DNA of 63,893 nt, filler included, from Mycoplasmatota bacterium (GTDB lineage Bacteria > Bacillota_I > Bacilli_A > RF39 > UBA660), in assembly GCA_012727915.1 (NCBI GenBank). It is 9 parts of 9 records of this genome, joined end to end, with 100 filler letters (N's around TTAATTAATTAA, not from the genome) between each part and the next. Parts side by side here need not be neighbours in the genome. Positions count along the whole stretch, not along the records: positions 45,256 to 57,309 come from JAAYGD010000007.1; positions 57,410 to 59,112 come from JAAYGD010000015.1; positions 59,213 to 60,878 come from JAAYGD010000016.1; 6 more parts are not named here. One strand, 5' to 3'. How positions within the stretch are numbered: the first letter of the stretch is position 1; every line of letters begins with the position of its first letter. Made by a program: the position numbers and the translations under genes. Positions 51,629 through 59,975 of this stretch are shown here, in pieces. The notes under the pieces are model-generated. The model did not search any database. It was given only the letters and a program-made list of their open reading frames with translations, and had not been told where the DNA came from.

Positions 51629-51654
51629 TGTATTATAATAATAGAGGTGATATT

Positions 51655-52050
51655 GTGAGAGAGGAAAAATTATTAGTTTTTGAAGTGGAAACTAAAAGCG
51701 GAAGCGACTACAGCGTATATAAATATGATGATATGTGTGTATTAAAAAGCAGTTCAAAAGCATTTAATGGTGCTGACTTTGTAGTTATCAATAATTTATA
51801 TATAGACGAAAAACTAAATTTTAATGGAAAAGTATATTTCAATGCCCAATTTGAATTATATGAAAAAAAATATAGAATAATTCCTAGAAATAAATTAAAA
51901 AAGGTTTTAACTTCTAATTTAGATTCTGTACAAAAAACTACTAAAATAAAAGAATTGGATTTAAAAAACAAAAAGGAATTTAATAATTTGGTTGATGATA
52001 AAATAATTTCTATTGATGAAAAATATTTAGAAGAATACGACTTAGATTAA
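51655..52050 (+). CDS. Hypothetical protein, possibly SOS-regulated
   Basis: GTG start after GAGGTG; FEVETKSGSDY N-terminus. Confidence 0.68.
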   Translation: MREEKLLVFEVETKSGSDYSVYKYDDMCVLKSSSKAFNGADFVVINNLYIDEKLNFNGKVYFNAQFELYEKKYRIIPRNKLKKVLTSNLDSVQKTTKIKELDLKNKKEFNNLVDDKIISIDEKYLEEYDLD

Positions 52051-52064
52051 GTTGTATTTTTTAA

Positions 52065-52092
52065 TTGACAAATAAAAAGTTTTCTATATAAT
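52065..52092 (+). promoter_or_regulatory. Sigma-A promoter
   Basis: TTGACA-N16-TATAAT. Confidence 0.75.
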
Positions 52093-52113
52093 AAATCATT
52101 AAAAGGAAAATTT

Positions 52114-52731
52114 ATGAATAATGAAAAGACTATGTTAGAAAAGTTCTATAGGGTTGTAATGTCATCATCTATTCTTGATAGAGAAGGAAAAAAAGAAAAC
52201 AGAGATGGTGGAGAAATTATCCAGATGAAATTAGGAAAATATATTGTGGAATTGGAATATTTAAGTGTGAGAATAATGTCTCCAGAATATTCTGAGACTA
52301 ATTATGTAAGTATTAGTTTAAGAAAAAGATTTGAGAAATCAATTAAACTATTTGTATCAAGAAAAGATTTAACTAATCCGAGATATTCTTCATTGTTTGG
52401 AGAAAATTCTTTGAATCATACTATAGAGGATGCTTTGTTAAAACAAGAATACATAAACTTTATGTTTCTTGATAATAATGAACAAAATATTAATCAAGAT
52501 TTCGATAGAGGTTTTATATATAATTATGTTTATCCTTCAAAACCCATTATGGATACAGATATATTTTTTTCAAAAAAAATAATAAATGAAGAAGTTTTAA
52601 AAACAACAAATAATGACTTTTTAAATGAAATAGATAAAAGATATATTAAAATAAAAGATATTTTTTATAAGTTTGATAATAATGATATATATGCTAAAAA
52701 ATTAATATATGGAGGAAAAAATGAAAAATAG
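52114..52731 (+). CDS. Hypothetical protein (cassette 2, gene A)
   Basis: Starts MNNE; similar to the next ORF. Confidence 0.72.
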   Translation: MNNEKTMLEKFYRVVMSSSILDREGKKENRDGGEIIQMKLGKYIVELEYLSVRIMSPEYSETNYVSISLRKRFEKSIKLFVSRKDLTNPRYSSLFGENSLNHTIEDALLKQEYINFMFLDNNEQNINQDFDRGFIYNYVYPSKPIMDTDIFFSKKIINEEVLKTTNNDFLNEIDKRYIKIKDIFYKFDNNDIYAKKLIYGGKNEK

Positions 52732-53248
52732 TTATAAAATAGCAGAGAAATTATATGAAATTGGTTTAATGGGAGCAGTAATGGGGTTAGAGGGATCTTC
52801 TATTGATTATTATGGAAGAAGTTATAAAACAAAAATAGGTGATTATGAATTGAAAGCATATTATTTTTCTTATGATAGAAATGACATAAAAATTCCAGAA
52901 ATTGATATTGTTTGTGTTGATTTATTAAAAGAAGGAAAATATATTAAAAATATTTTTTATTCCAAATCACAACTTGATACTCCAAAATATTTAGATGCTT
53001 TAACTAATGATGATGATTTAGAAATTAATAAAAAAGAATTAAGAGAAGAATTTATAAAATACATGTTTTCTTCAGATGAAAAAGATATAAGAAGCGCTAC
53101 ATCTGATAAAAAGTTTCAAGAATTAAAGATTAAAAGTACTAAATTTAATAAAGATATTGCTTTAAAATATCAAGAAATTCAAGATGAATATGCTCTTATT
53201 AAAAATGGGACAGTTCGTGTATTATCTAAAAAACCAACTCAACAATAA
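52721..53248 (+). CDS. Hypothetical protein (cassette 2, gene B)
   Basis: GGAGG RBS, starts MKN, overlaps gene A by 11 bp. Confidence 0.72.
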   Translation: MKNSYKIAEKLYEIGLMGAVMGLEGSSIDYYGRSYKTKIGDYELKAYYFSYDRNDIKIPEIDIVCVDLLKEGKYIKNIFYSKSQLDTPKYLDALTNDDDLEINKKELREEFIKYMFSSDEKDIRSATSDKKFQELKIKSTKFNKDIALKYQEIQDEYALIKNGTVRVLSKKPTQQ

Positions 53249-53261
53249 TTGTTGAGTTTTT
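53236..53261 (+). terminator. Terminator after cassette 2
   Basis: AACTCAACA...TGTTGAGTT plus T run. Confidence 0.6.
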
Positions 53262-53307
53262 AATTTACTTATTATTTATAGCGTGTTATAATTTATGTAG
53301 AATAGAG

Positions 53308-54372
53308 GTGAATCAAATGAGATTTTTTATTGTCTTAGTTTTTTTGATTTTTCCTTTTTTTCTAACGGATTTAGTATTAATTCAAACTTTTAATGCACTT
53401 AATATTTTTTGGTTTATATTTTCTACTTTTATGTTTATTTATATATATATTAATAAAGATAAAGAATATGAATCGGGTTTTAAAGATAAGTATTATAAAG
53501 ATATTCCTAGTGATAAAACTCCCGAATTATTGGGCTATTTAATGACTGGTGAAGCTAAAGAAAGATTTTTTATTGCTTCAGTATTTGAATTAATAAGAAA
53601 GAATGTAATTAAGATTGCAAAGTCAAATAAAGATTATATATTAGTTTATAATTTAAAACATAGAGAATCTCTTTCAAAAGGTGAATATTATATAATTAAA
53701 TGGTTATTTCATTTATTAGGTAATGATTATGAAGTTCCTTTAAGTAAAATTAAAGAAGAATCAAAAAAGAATTCTGGATTTTTTTCTTTTTGCTTTCATG
53801 AATGGGCAAATATAATTGAAGTTGATGCTGCACAACAAAATATTTTTGAAAATAAAGGAAGTATATTCATGGATATTTTAGTATATTTTTTGATATCATA
53901 TGTTTTAGCTATGTATAATGCAATTCTTACAAATAATTATATACTTGCAATATTAATAGGAATTGGTACTAGTATATTTATTATATATACAAATTCCTTT
54001 AAAAAAAGAACAAAAGAATCGAATTTAGAGTACGAAAAATGGGAAGCGTTTAAAAGATACTTAAAGTCAAGTGAATGTACTTTAAATGATATGGATTCAA
54101 AAGAGTTTTTAAAAATATTTGTATATTCTAAAGTATTAAAAATAGAAAAGAATTTTAAAAGCATTATGAAAAGATCTAGAGAAAGAGATGATGATCAATT
54201 ATTTGTAGCAATCAATTTAGGAATAATAGATGAATTAGATAGAGCAATATCAAGAGGAATTAAATATTCTGAAATGGCTACAAATATATTCTTTTCTAAG
54301 AATAAAGGTGTTACACAAATATTAAGAAAAAGGTATAATGATAATATAACATTTATTTATAATAAGGATTAG
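53308..54372 (+). CDS. DUF2207 C-terminal-like membrane protein
   Basis: YYKDIPSDKTPELLGYL, ASVFELIRK, WEAFKRYL, FVYSKVL; lacks the extracellular domain and Gly tail. Confidence 0.7.
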   Translation: MNQMRFFIVLVFLIFPFFLTDLVLIQTFNALNIFWFIFSTFMFIYIYINKDKEYESGFKDKYYKDIPSDKTPELLGYLMTGEAKERFFIASVFELIRKNVIKIAKSNKDYILVYNLKHRESLSKGEYYIIKWLFHLLGNDYEVPLSKIKEESKKNSGFFSFCFHEWANIIEVDAAQQNIFENKGSIFMDILVYFLISYVLAMYNAILTNNYILAILIGIGTSIFIIYTNSFKKRTKESNLEYEKWEAFKRYLKSSECTLNDMDSKEFLKIFVYSKVLKIEKNFKSIMKRSRERDDDQLFVAINLGIIDELDRAISRGIKYSEMATNIFFSKNKGVTQILRKRYNDNITFIYNKD

Positions 54373-54381
54373 AGGGAAAAG

Positions 54382-56178
54382 ATGGTAGGAAAGATAATTA
54401 GCATTGCAAACTTAGAAATTGAAATTGAATTAAATATAAATGAAGAGCAAAAGAAGAATTTAATTAATTTTCATGTTGTTTTTGAATTGGATGATAGAAG
54501 AGTATTGGGAGAAGTATCTTCAGTAAATGAGAATAACGCTAGTATTTCTCTAATTGGAGAAATAGTAAACAATGATTTTATACCTGGTGTTTCTAAAAAA
54601 CCTTTTTTTGGTGCTGAATGTAGAATAATTAAAGAAGAAGAGTTAGCGCTTATAATAGGAGCTAATATTCCTGGAATAAAATTTAATGTTGGACTTTTAC
54701 CTCAATATTCTAATTACAAAGTAAATATTCCAGTGGATTCATTCTTTAATAATCATTTTTCTATATTAGGTAATACTGGTAGTGGTAAATCGCATGGTTT
54801 AGCTAGATTGGTACAAAATTTATATTTAGATCCTAATAACATTCCTTTAAATTCTAATTTGTTAATATTTGATGCTTATGGTGAATATGGAACAGCTTTT
54901 GGATTTTTAAATCGTTTTCCTAATGCTGCCTTTAAAACATATACTACAAAAGTATCGGGTTTTGAAGATGTAAGAAGTGAAGTATTAAAGATTCCTCCTT
55001 GGCTATTAGGAGTAGACGATTATGCTTTATTACTTGAATCAGAATCAGTTACTCAATTACCTATGATAGAAAAAGCATTGAAATTAGTTAGTATATTTGC
55101 AAAAGCTGAAGAAGAAGTTATCGTATATAAAAACGATATTATTGCTAGAGCATTAGAAGAAATATTATATAGTGGTGGAACACCAATGCAGATAAGAGAT
55201 CAAATATTCGCAGTTCTTACTTCTTTTAATACAAGAGATTTAAGTTTGGAAAGTAAAGTAATTGTTCCTGGTTGGACCAGAACATTAAGACAATGTTTGA
55301 TTATAGATAAAGATGGTAAGATTCAAGAAATAAATTTAGTTTCAGAATATTTTAAATCTTTTAAAAAAGAAGGATTGGAATTAAGAATGCCTGATGGAAC
55401 ATATACTTATACTTTGAAAGACTTAAAAGATGCATTTGATTTTGCTTTAATTTCTGAAGGAATGCTTCAAAGTGAACATGTTTATGAAGACGCTAATAAA
55501 TTAAAAGTTAGAATGAATTCATTAGTTACTAGTGTTAAGGGTGAATATTTTAATGTTAAAGAATATATATCTAAACAAGATTATGTTAAGAATATGGTAT
55601 ATACTAAAGATGGAAGAAAAGCTCAAATAATTAATTTTAATATAAATTATATTGATGATAGATTTGCAAAAGTATTAGTAAAGATTATATCAAAACAAGT
55701 ATTTGAATATTGTGCTGCTTTAGATGATAGAGCATCAAATCCTTATCATTTAATTCTAGAAGAAGCACATAGATATGTTCAAAATGATAATGATATTAAT
55801 ATTATTGGATATAATATATTTGAAAGAATTACAAAAGAGGGTAGAAAATATGGAGTTATTCTTGGAATGATTTCTCAAAGACCTTCAGAAATAAGCGAAA
55901 CTGCTATTTCTCAATGTACAAATTTTTTAGTATTTAGAATGCAACATCCTAAAGATTTAAGGTATATAAAAGAAATGATTCCAAACATATCTGAAGAAAT
56001 AATAGATAAGTTTAAAGTTTTACAACCAGGTAATTGTATGGCATTTGGAAGTGCGTTTAAGATTCCTTTATTATTGAAATTACCTTTACCTAATCCGTTA
56101 CCATATAGTCAAAATACTGATATTCAAGGTTGTTGGTATATTAAAAAGGGTGAAGAAATTTTATCGATTGACAAATAA
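54382..56178 (+). CDS. HerA/DUF87 family ATPase (FtsK-HerA superfamily)
   Basis: N-terminal beta-barrel-like region, HFSILGNTGSGKS, DAYGEY, LILEEAHRY, EGRKYG, SQRPSE. Confidence 0.9.
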   Translation: MVGKIISIANLEIEIELNINEEQKKNLINFHVVFELDDRRVLGEVSSVNENNASISLIGEIVNNDFIPGVSKKPFFGAECRIIKEEELALIIGANIPGIKFNVGLLPQYSNYKVNIPVDSFFNNHFSILGNTGSGKSHGLARLVQNLYLDPNNIPLNSNLLIFDAYGEYGTAFGFLNRFPNAAFKTYTTKVSGFEDVRSEVLKIPPWLLGVDDYALLLESESVTQLPMIEKALKLVSIFAKAEEEVIVYKNDIIARALEEILYSGGTPMQIRDQIFAVLTSFNTRDLSLESKVIVPGWTRTLRQCLIIDKDGKIQEINLVSEYFKSFKKEGLELRMPDGTYTYTLKDLKDAFDFALISEGMLQSEHVYEDANKLKVRMNSLVTSVKGEYFNVKEYISKQDYVKNMVYTKDGRKAQIINFNINYIDDRFAKVLVKIISKQVFEYCAALDDRASNPYHLILEEAHRYVQNDNDINIIGYNIFERITKEGRKYGVILGMISQRPSEISETAISQCTNFLVFRMQHPKDLRYIKEMIPNISEEIIDKFKVLQPGNCMAFGSAFKIPLLLKLPLPNPLPYSQNTDIQGCWYIKKGEEILSIDK

Positions 56179-56195
56179 TAATCAAGGAATATAAT
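56168..56195 (+). promoter_or_regulatory. Sigma-A promoter of the YebC-family gene
   Basis: TTGACA-N16-TATAAT. Confidence 0.75.
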
Positions 56196-56254
56196 AATAG
56201 TCTAAACAACCAAAAATTATTGGAATTTTTTGGTGCTATGAAAAGAGGTAAACA

Positions 56255-56965
56255 ATGGGAAGAGCTTATGAAGTACGAAAAGCTTCTATATTAAAAACTG
56301 GAGCTGCTAAAGCAAAAATTTATACTATGTATGCTAAAGAAATATATAATGAAGCTAAAAAATCAACTGATCCTGATGCTAATCCATCTTTAAAAAGATT
56401 GATAGAAAAAGCAAAAAGAGATCAAGTACCTAGTGATATAGTAAAAAGAGCAATAGATAAAGTTAAAAATGGTGCTAACGAATCGTATGAAAGATATAGA
56501 TATGAAGGTTTTGGACCAGGAAATTCTACAATATTAATAGATTGCCTAACTGATAATGTTAATAGAACTATAAGTGATATTAGAACAGTATTTTCAAAAA
56601 CTAAATGTAAATTAGGAGCCTCTAATTCTGTATCATATTTATATGAAGATCTTTCTATATTATCGTTTAAAGGACTTACTGAAGATGAAGTAATAGAGGC
56701 TTTATTAATTGAAGAAGTTGATGCTGAAATAGAAGTTGAAAATGATATTATTACTTTATATGGTAAGCCTCAAGATTATTATAAAATAAAAACTGCAATA
56801 TTAAATTATAATAAAGATATGATTTTTGATTTAGACGAACTAACAACTTTACCAAAAGAAAAAATAAATTTAGAAAAAGAAGATTTAGAACAATTTAATA
56901 AGTTGGTTGAAATGTTAGAAAATGTAGAAGATGTAAAAGAAATATATCATAATGTAAATATTTAA
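56255..56965 (+). CDS. YebC/PmpR family protein
   Basis: DPDANPSL, YEGFGPG, LTDNVNRT, EDVKEIYHN. Confidence 0.95.
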   Translation: MGRAYEVRKASILKTGAAKAKIYTMYAKEIYNEAKKSTDPDANPSLKRLIEKAKRDQVPSDIVKRAIDKVKNGANESYERYRYEGFGPGNSTILIDCLTDNVNRTISDIRTVFSKTKCKLGASNSVSYLYEDLSILSFKGLTEDEVIEALLIEEVDAEIEVENDIITLYGKPQDYYKIKTAILNYNKDMIFDLDELTTLPKEKINLEKEDLEQFNKLVEMLENVEDVKEIYHNVNI

Positions 56966-56982
56966 ATATTACAGGGGGTAAT

Positions 56983-57240
56983 ATGAAAAGTAAATTAAAA
57001 AAAATAGATATTGAATCTTTGTTAAATTTTATTAAGGTAATTGAGAATAAAACTATTAAAGAAAAGATTAATGATGATGTTGAAAGAATTGCTATTAATC
57101 TTTCTGCATTGGATGAAGATCAGTTATTAATGAATAGAGATTCTTTTTTTAATAATAATTATATTCAAATGGAAAAACATTATCTAAAAGACCTAATTAA
57201 TATATTGGGTTTTTTTATTAAAAAAAATGATATAATATAG
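56983..57240 (+). CDS. Hypothetical protein
   Basis: 85-aa ORF with GGGGG RBS. Confidence 0.6.
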   Translation: MKSKLKKIDIESLLNFIKVIENKTIKEKINDDVERIAINLSALDEDQLLMNRDSFFNNNYIQMEKHYLKDLINILGFFIKKNDII

Positions 57241-57256
57241 AAAAGATGGTGATATT

Positions 57257-57309
57257 ATGAAATTTGTATCTATATTTCCTGTTGATTCTTATGTAGTAAT
57301 TAATAAATC
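57257..57309 (+). CDS. Possible DnaB/DnaD-domain replication protein start, 3'-partial
   Basis: MKFVSIFPVDSYVVINKS resembles the P-x-D-x-Y-x-V start of Firmicutes DnaB; only 17 codons. Confidence 0.4.
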
Positions 57310-57409
57310 NNNNNNNNNNNNNNNNNNNNNNNNNNNNNNNNNNNNNNNNNNNNTTAATTAATTAANNNNNNNNNNNNNNNNNNNNNNNNNNNNNNNNNNN
57401 NNNNNNNNN
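57310..57409. other. Artificial contig linker
   Basis: N/TTAATTAATTAA/N spacer. Confidence 0.99.
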
Positions 57410-57492
57410 ATATCTTTTTTATAATCTATATCGTCTGTTCCTTTATCAAAAAACAAATAAGTTTCTCCTCTATCAATTATTACTTTATACAT
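57410..57492 (-). CDS. Hypothetical protein start, cut by linker
   Basis: MYKVIIDRGETYLFFDKGTDDIDYKKD after a GGTG RBS. Confidence 0.45.
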
Positions 57493-57660
57493 TATTACAC
57501 CAACCTTTTTAATTGATTTTTATGTTAACATATAACTCATTTCAAAGTCAATTATTTTAAATATTGTTAATTTAAACTTGAAGTGCAACAACTCTTAATT
57601 GAAAAAGACATATGAATAATCTATAATATCTATTTGCAACAATAGAAAGGACAGATTCAT

Positions 57661-58797
57661 ATGTCATGCACTAATAATAATACAAGAAACAAAGAAAATC
57701 AATATATTCATTTAACATTAAATCAAAGGAATAAAATCGAAGCTTTAATAAATCAAAAAGATGCTACTGGTAAAAGAATCTTTAATAATTCATATATTGC
57801 AGATTATTTGGGAGTTCATCGATCAACGATTTCTAGAGAACTAAGAAAAAGGATTAAATCAAAGATATATATCAGAACAGGGAAAATGACAAATAAACCA
57901 TATAATGCTGTTGATGCTCAGAATGATTACAAATTCAAGCGTGCTTTATCTAAAGGAAAATATAAATTGAGAAACTACCCTAAAATGGCACAGTTCATCG
58001 AAGATAAAATTAAAATAGACAAATGGGCTCCGGATGTAATAGTTGGCTATATGAAGACTCATAACATGTTTTTATATGACGGGTTTTGTTCTATAACATC
58101 CCCTACAGTTTATAATGCTATTAGAAACAATATAATAAATGTTAAAATTAAAGACACAAGAAGAATGAAATATGATTCAAAGTATGAGTATAAAGAAAAA
58201 AAACAAGTTTCAATTTCTAAACTACCTTATAGTATTGAAAACAGACCCGAAGAAGTTAATGATCGACAGATATTTGGGCACTTTGAAATAGATACTGTAA
58301 TTGGTACTAGAAATGGTAAACATGAATGTTTACTTACTATAACTGAAAGAAAAACAAGATTCGAAATAATATTTAAATTAAATGTTAAAACTGTTGATGA
58401 AGTAGTTAAAAAAATAAATTATTTAAAATTATTTATGAAAAAACATTATAATAAAATTTTTAAATCATTTACTACAGACAACGGTACTGAATTTTCTGAT
58501 TTCTTGGGCATTATCGCTGGCACTAATACCAAAATCTATTTTTGTCATCCATATTGCTCTGGCGAAAAAGGAACGAACGAAAAAAGTAACAGTATAATTA
58601 GATATTTTATACCGAAAAAAACACTAATAGAAAATTATAGTTATAAAGATATAAACAAAATAGCTCATTGGATGAATAATTATCCAAGAAAAATTTTAAA
58701 TTATAAAACTCCATTGGAAGCAATACTTGAAGAATTTGATGATAAATCAGTTATAAATAAAATATATAAATTACAAGAAAAAGTAAATTGTATCTAA
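57661..58797 (+). CDS. IS30 family transposase
   Basis: HTH LGVHRSTISREL, GHFEIDTVIG, TTDNGTEF, EKGTNE, NNYPRKILNYKTP. Confidence 0.96.
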   Translation: MSCTNNNTRNKENQYIHLTLNQRNKIEALINQKDATGKRIFNNSYIADYLGVHRSTISRELRKRIKSKIYIRTGKMTNKPYNAVDAQNDYKFKRALSKGKYKLRNYPKMAQFIEDKIKIDKWAPDVIVGYMKTHNMFLYDGFCSITSPTVYNAIRNNIINVKIKDTRRMKYDSKYEYKEKKQVSISKLPYSIENRPEEVNDRQIFGHFEIDTVIGTRNGKHECLLTITERKTRFEIIFKLNVKTVDEVVKKINYLKLFMKKHYNKIFKSFTTDNGTEFSDFLGIIAGTNTKIYFCHPYCSGEKGTNEKSNSIIRYFIPKKTLIENYSYKDINKIAHWMNNYPRKILNYKTPLEAILEEFDDKSVINKIYKLQEKVNCI

Positions 58798-58813
58798 TAT
58801 TTATTCCAATTTC

Positions 58814-58918
58814 CTTTTGACAACAGGAACCCAGGATAAATTCCATAAAAAAAATGTAATATTTCAAAATTGAAATATTACATAAGTATCAAGAATTTAT
58901 CCTACCTATTGTCAAAAG
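58814..58918. repeat. Nested inverted repeats in the IS30 3' non-coding region
   Basis: 58814-23/58909-18 (10 bp), 58833-43/58893-903 (11 bp), 58854-66/58871-83 (13 bp). Confidence 0.85.
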
Positions 58919-59112
58919 TTTTCTCGGCATAAATCTTAATTGCACAAATATTATAATTATTCATTTGTTGCACTTGACTTTTTAATTAATAAGTTTTAAT
59001 GAATATCTATATGCTTACAGATTATAATACATCTTATTATTGGGAAAATATATTAGTTATTTCATGCATTACTTTTCTATTGATTGGGTATCTATATTCA
59101 CTAGCATTATTC

Positions 59113-59212
59113 NNNNNNNNNNNNNNNNNNNNNNNNNNNNNNNNNNNNNNNNNNNNTTAATTAATTAANNNNNNNNNNNNNNNNNNNNNNNNNNNNNNNN
59201 NNNNNNNNNNNN
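59113..59212. other. Artificial contig linker
   Basis: N/TTAATTAATTAA/N spacer. Confidence 0.99.
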
Positions 59213-59494
59213 AATTTAATAGTACTAAATCATGCACTTTTACCATTAACTGATGTTTGGAATAAAAGCATATTATCTATTATGCTAACAGGGGAGAAAT
59301 CTGTTTTGATAAATAGATTTGCATTAAGAGAAAAAATTAATTCAAAAGAATATGAAAAAGATATTTATAGGCATATGAAATTATATGATATACTAAATAA
59401 AGATACGAACAAAGATTTTGTTTATGACACATCAAATGATTTTATGAGTATAAACAAAATAAAAGATATTTGTATGGAAAGAGGAATAAGATGA
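59213..59494 (+). CDS. Possible P-loop nucleotide kinase (CoaE-like) C-terminus, 5'-partial
   Basis: Frame open from contig edge: LIVLNHALLPLT...VLINRFALRE. Confidence 0.4.
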   Translation, partial: NLIVLNHALLPLTDVWNKSILSIMLTGEKSVLINRFALREKINSKEYEKDIYRHMKLYDILNKDTNKDFVYDTSNDFMSINKIKDICMERGIR

Positions 59495-59973
59495 AAGAGG
59501 AAGTTAAGTTTAAAACAGAAGAATACAATTATTATAATAGAGCTGTAGGAATTATTAAAAAAGATGATATGTATTTAATACTTAATGTAGATAATTCACC
59601 ATATTATCATATACCAGGGGGTCATATTGAAATAGGAGAAGACTCATTATCTGCAGTTACAAGAGAAATAAAAGAAGAGTTAGGATTCACAGTTAAAGAA
59701 GCTAAACTATTTTGTATTCAAGAAAACTTTTATGAAAAAAAAGGAATCATTCAACATGGTGTAGAGTATTACTATTTAATAGAAACAGTAGAAAATTTAG
59801 ATACAACTGACCTAAAAATTGAAGAGAATGACCGCGGAACTATAAAACAGTTATTTATTAAATGGGTTACAGCAAAGGAACTTGAAAACATAGATCTTAG
59901 ACCTTTCACGGTTAAGAATTTATTGATAAATAATAGAGTTGATACTCTAACTCATATTATTCAAAGAGATTAG
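59491..59973 (+). CDS. NUDIX hydrolase
   Basis: PGGHIEIGEDSLSAVTREIKEELG Nudix box; ATG overlaps upstream stop. Confidence 0.93.
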   Translation: MKEEVKFKTEEYNYYNRAVGIIKKDDMYLILNVDNSPYYHIPGGHIEIGEDSLSAVTREIKEELGFTVKEAKLFCIQENFYEKKGIIQHGVEYYYLIETVENLDTTDLKIEENDRGTIKQLFIKWVTAKELENIDLRPFTVKNLLINNRVDTLTHIIQRD

Positions 59974-59975
59974 TT

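Larger units (their letters stand above)
57565..58991 (+). mobile_element. IS30 family insertion sequence (ends approximate)
   Basis: Imperfect terminal IRs 57565-57591 and 58965-58991 (22/27 by eye, core TTGTTGCACTT) around the transposase. Confidence 0.88.

Noticed and set aside
54382..56178. HerA as a known defence system (Sir2-HerA, DUF4297-HerA)
   Set aside because: No Sir2 or nuclease partner adjacent
57563..58993. Target-site duplication of the IS30 element
   Set aside because: No matching 2-3 bp flanks could be fixed because the exact ends are ambiguous
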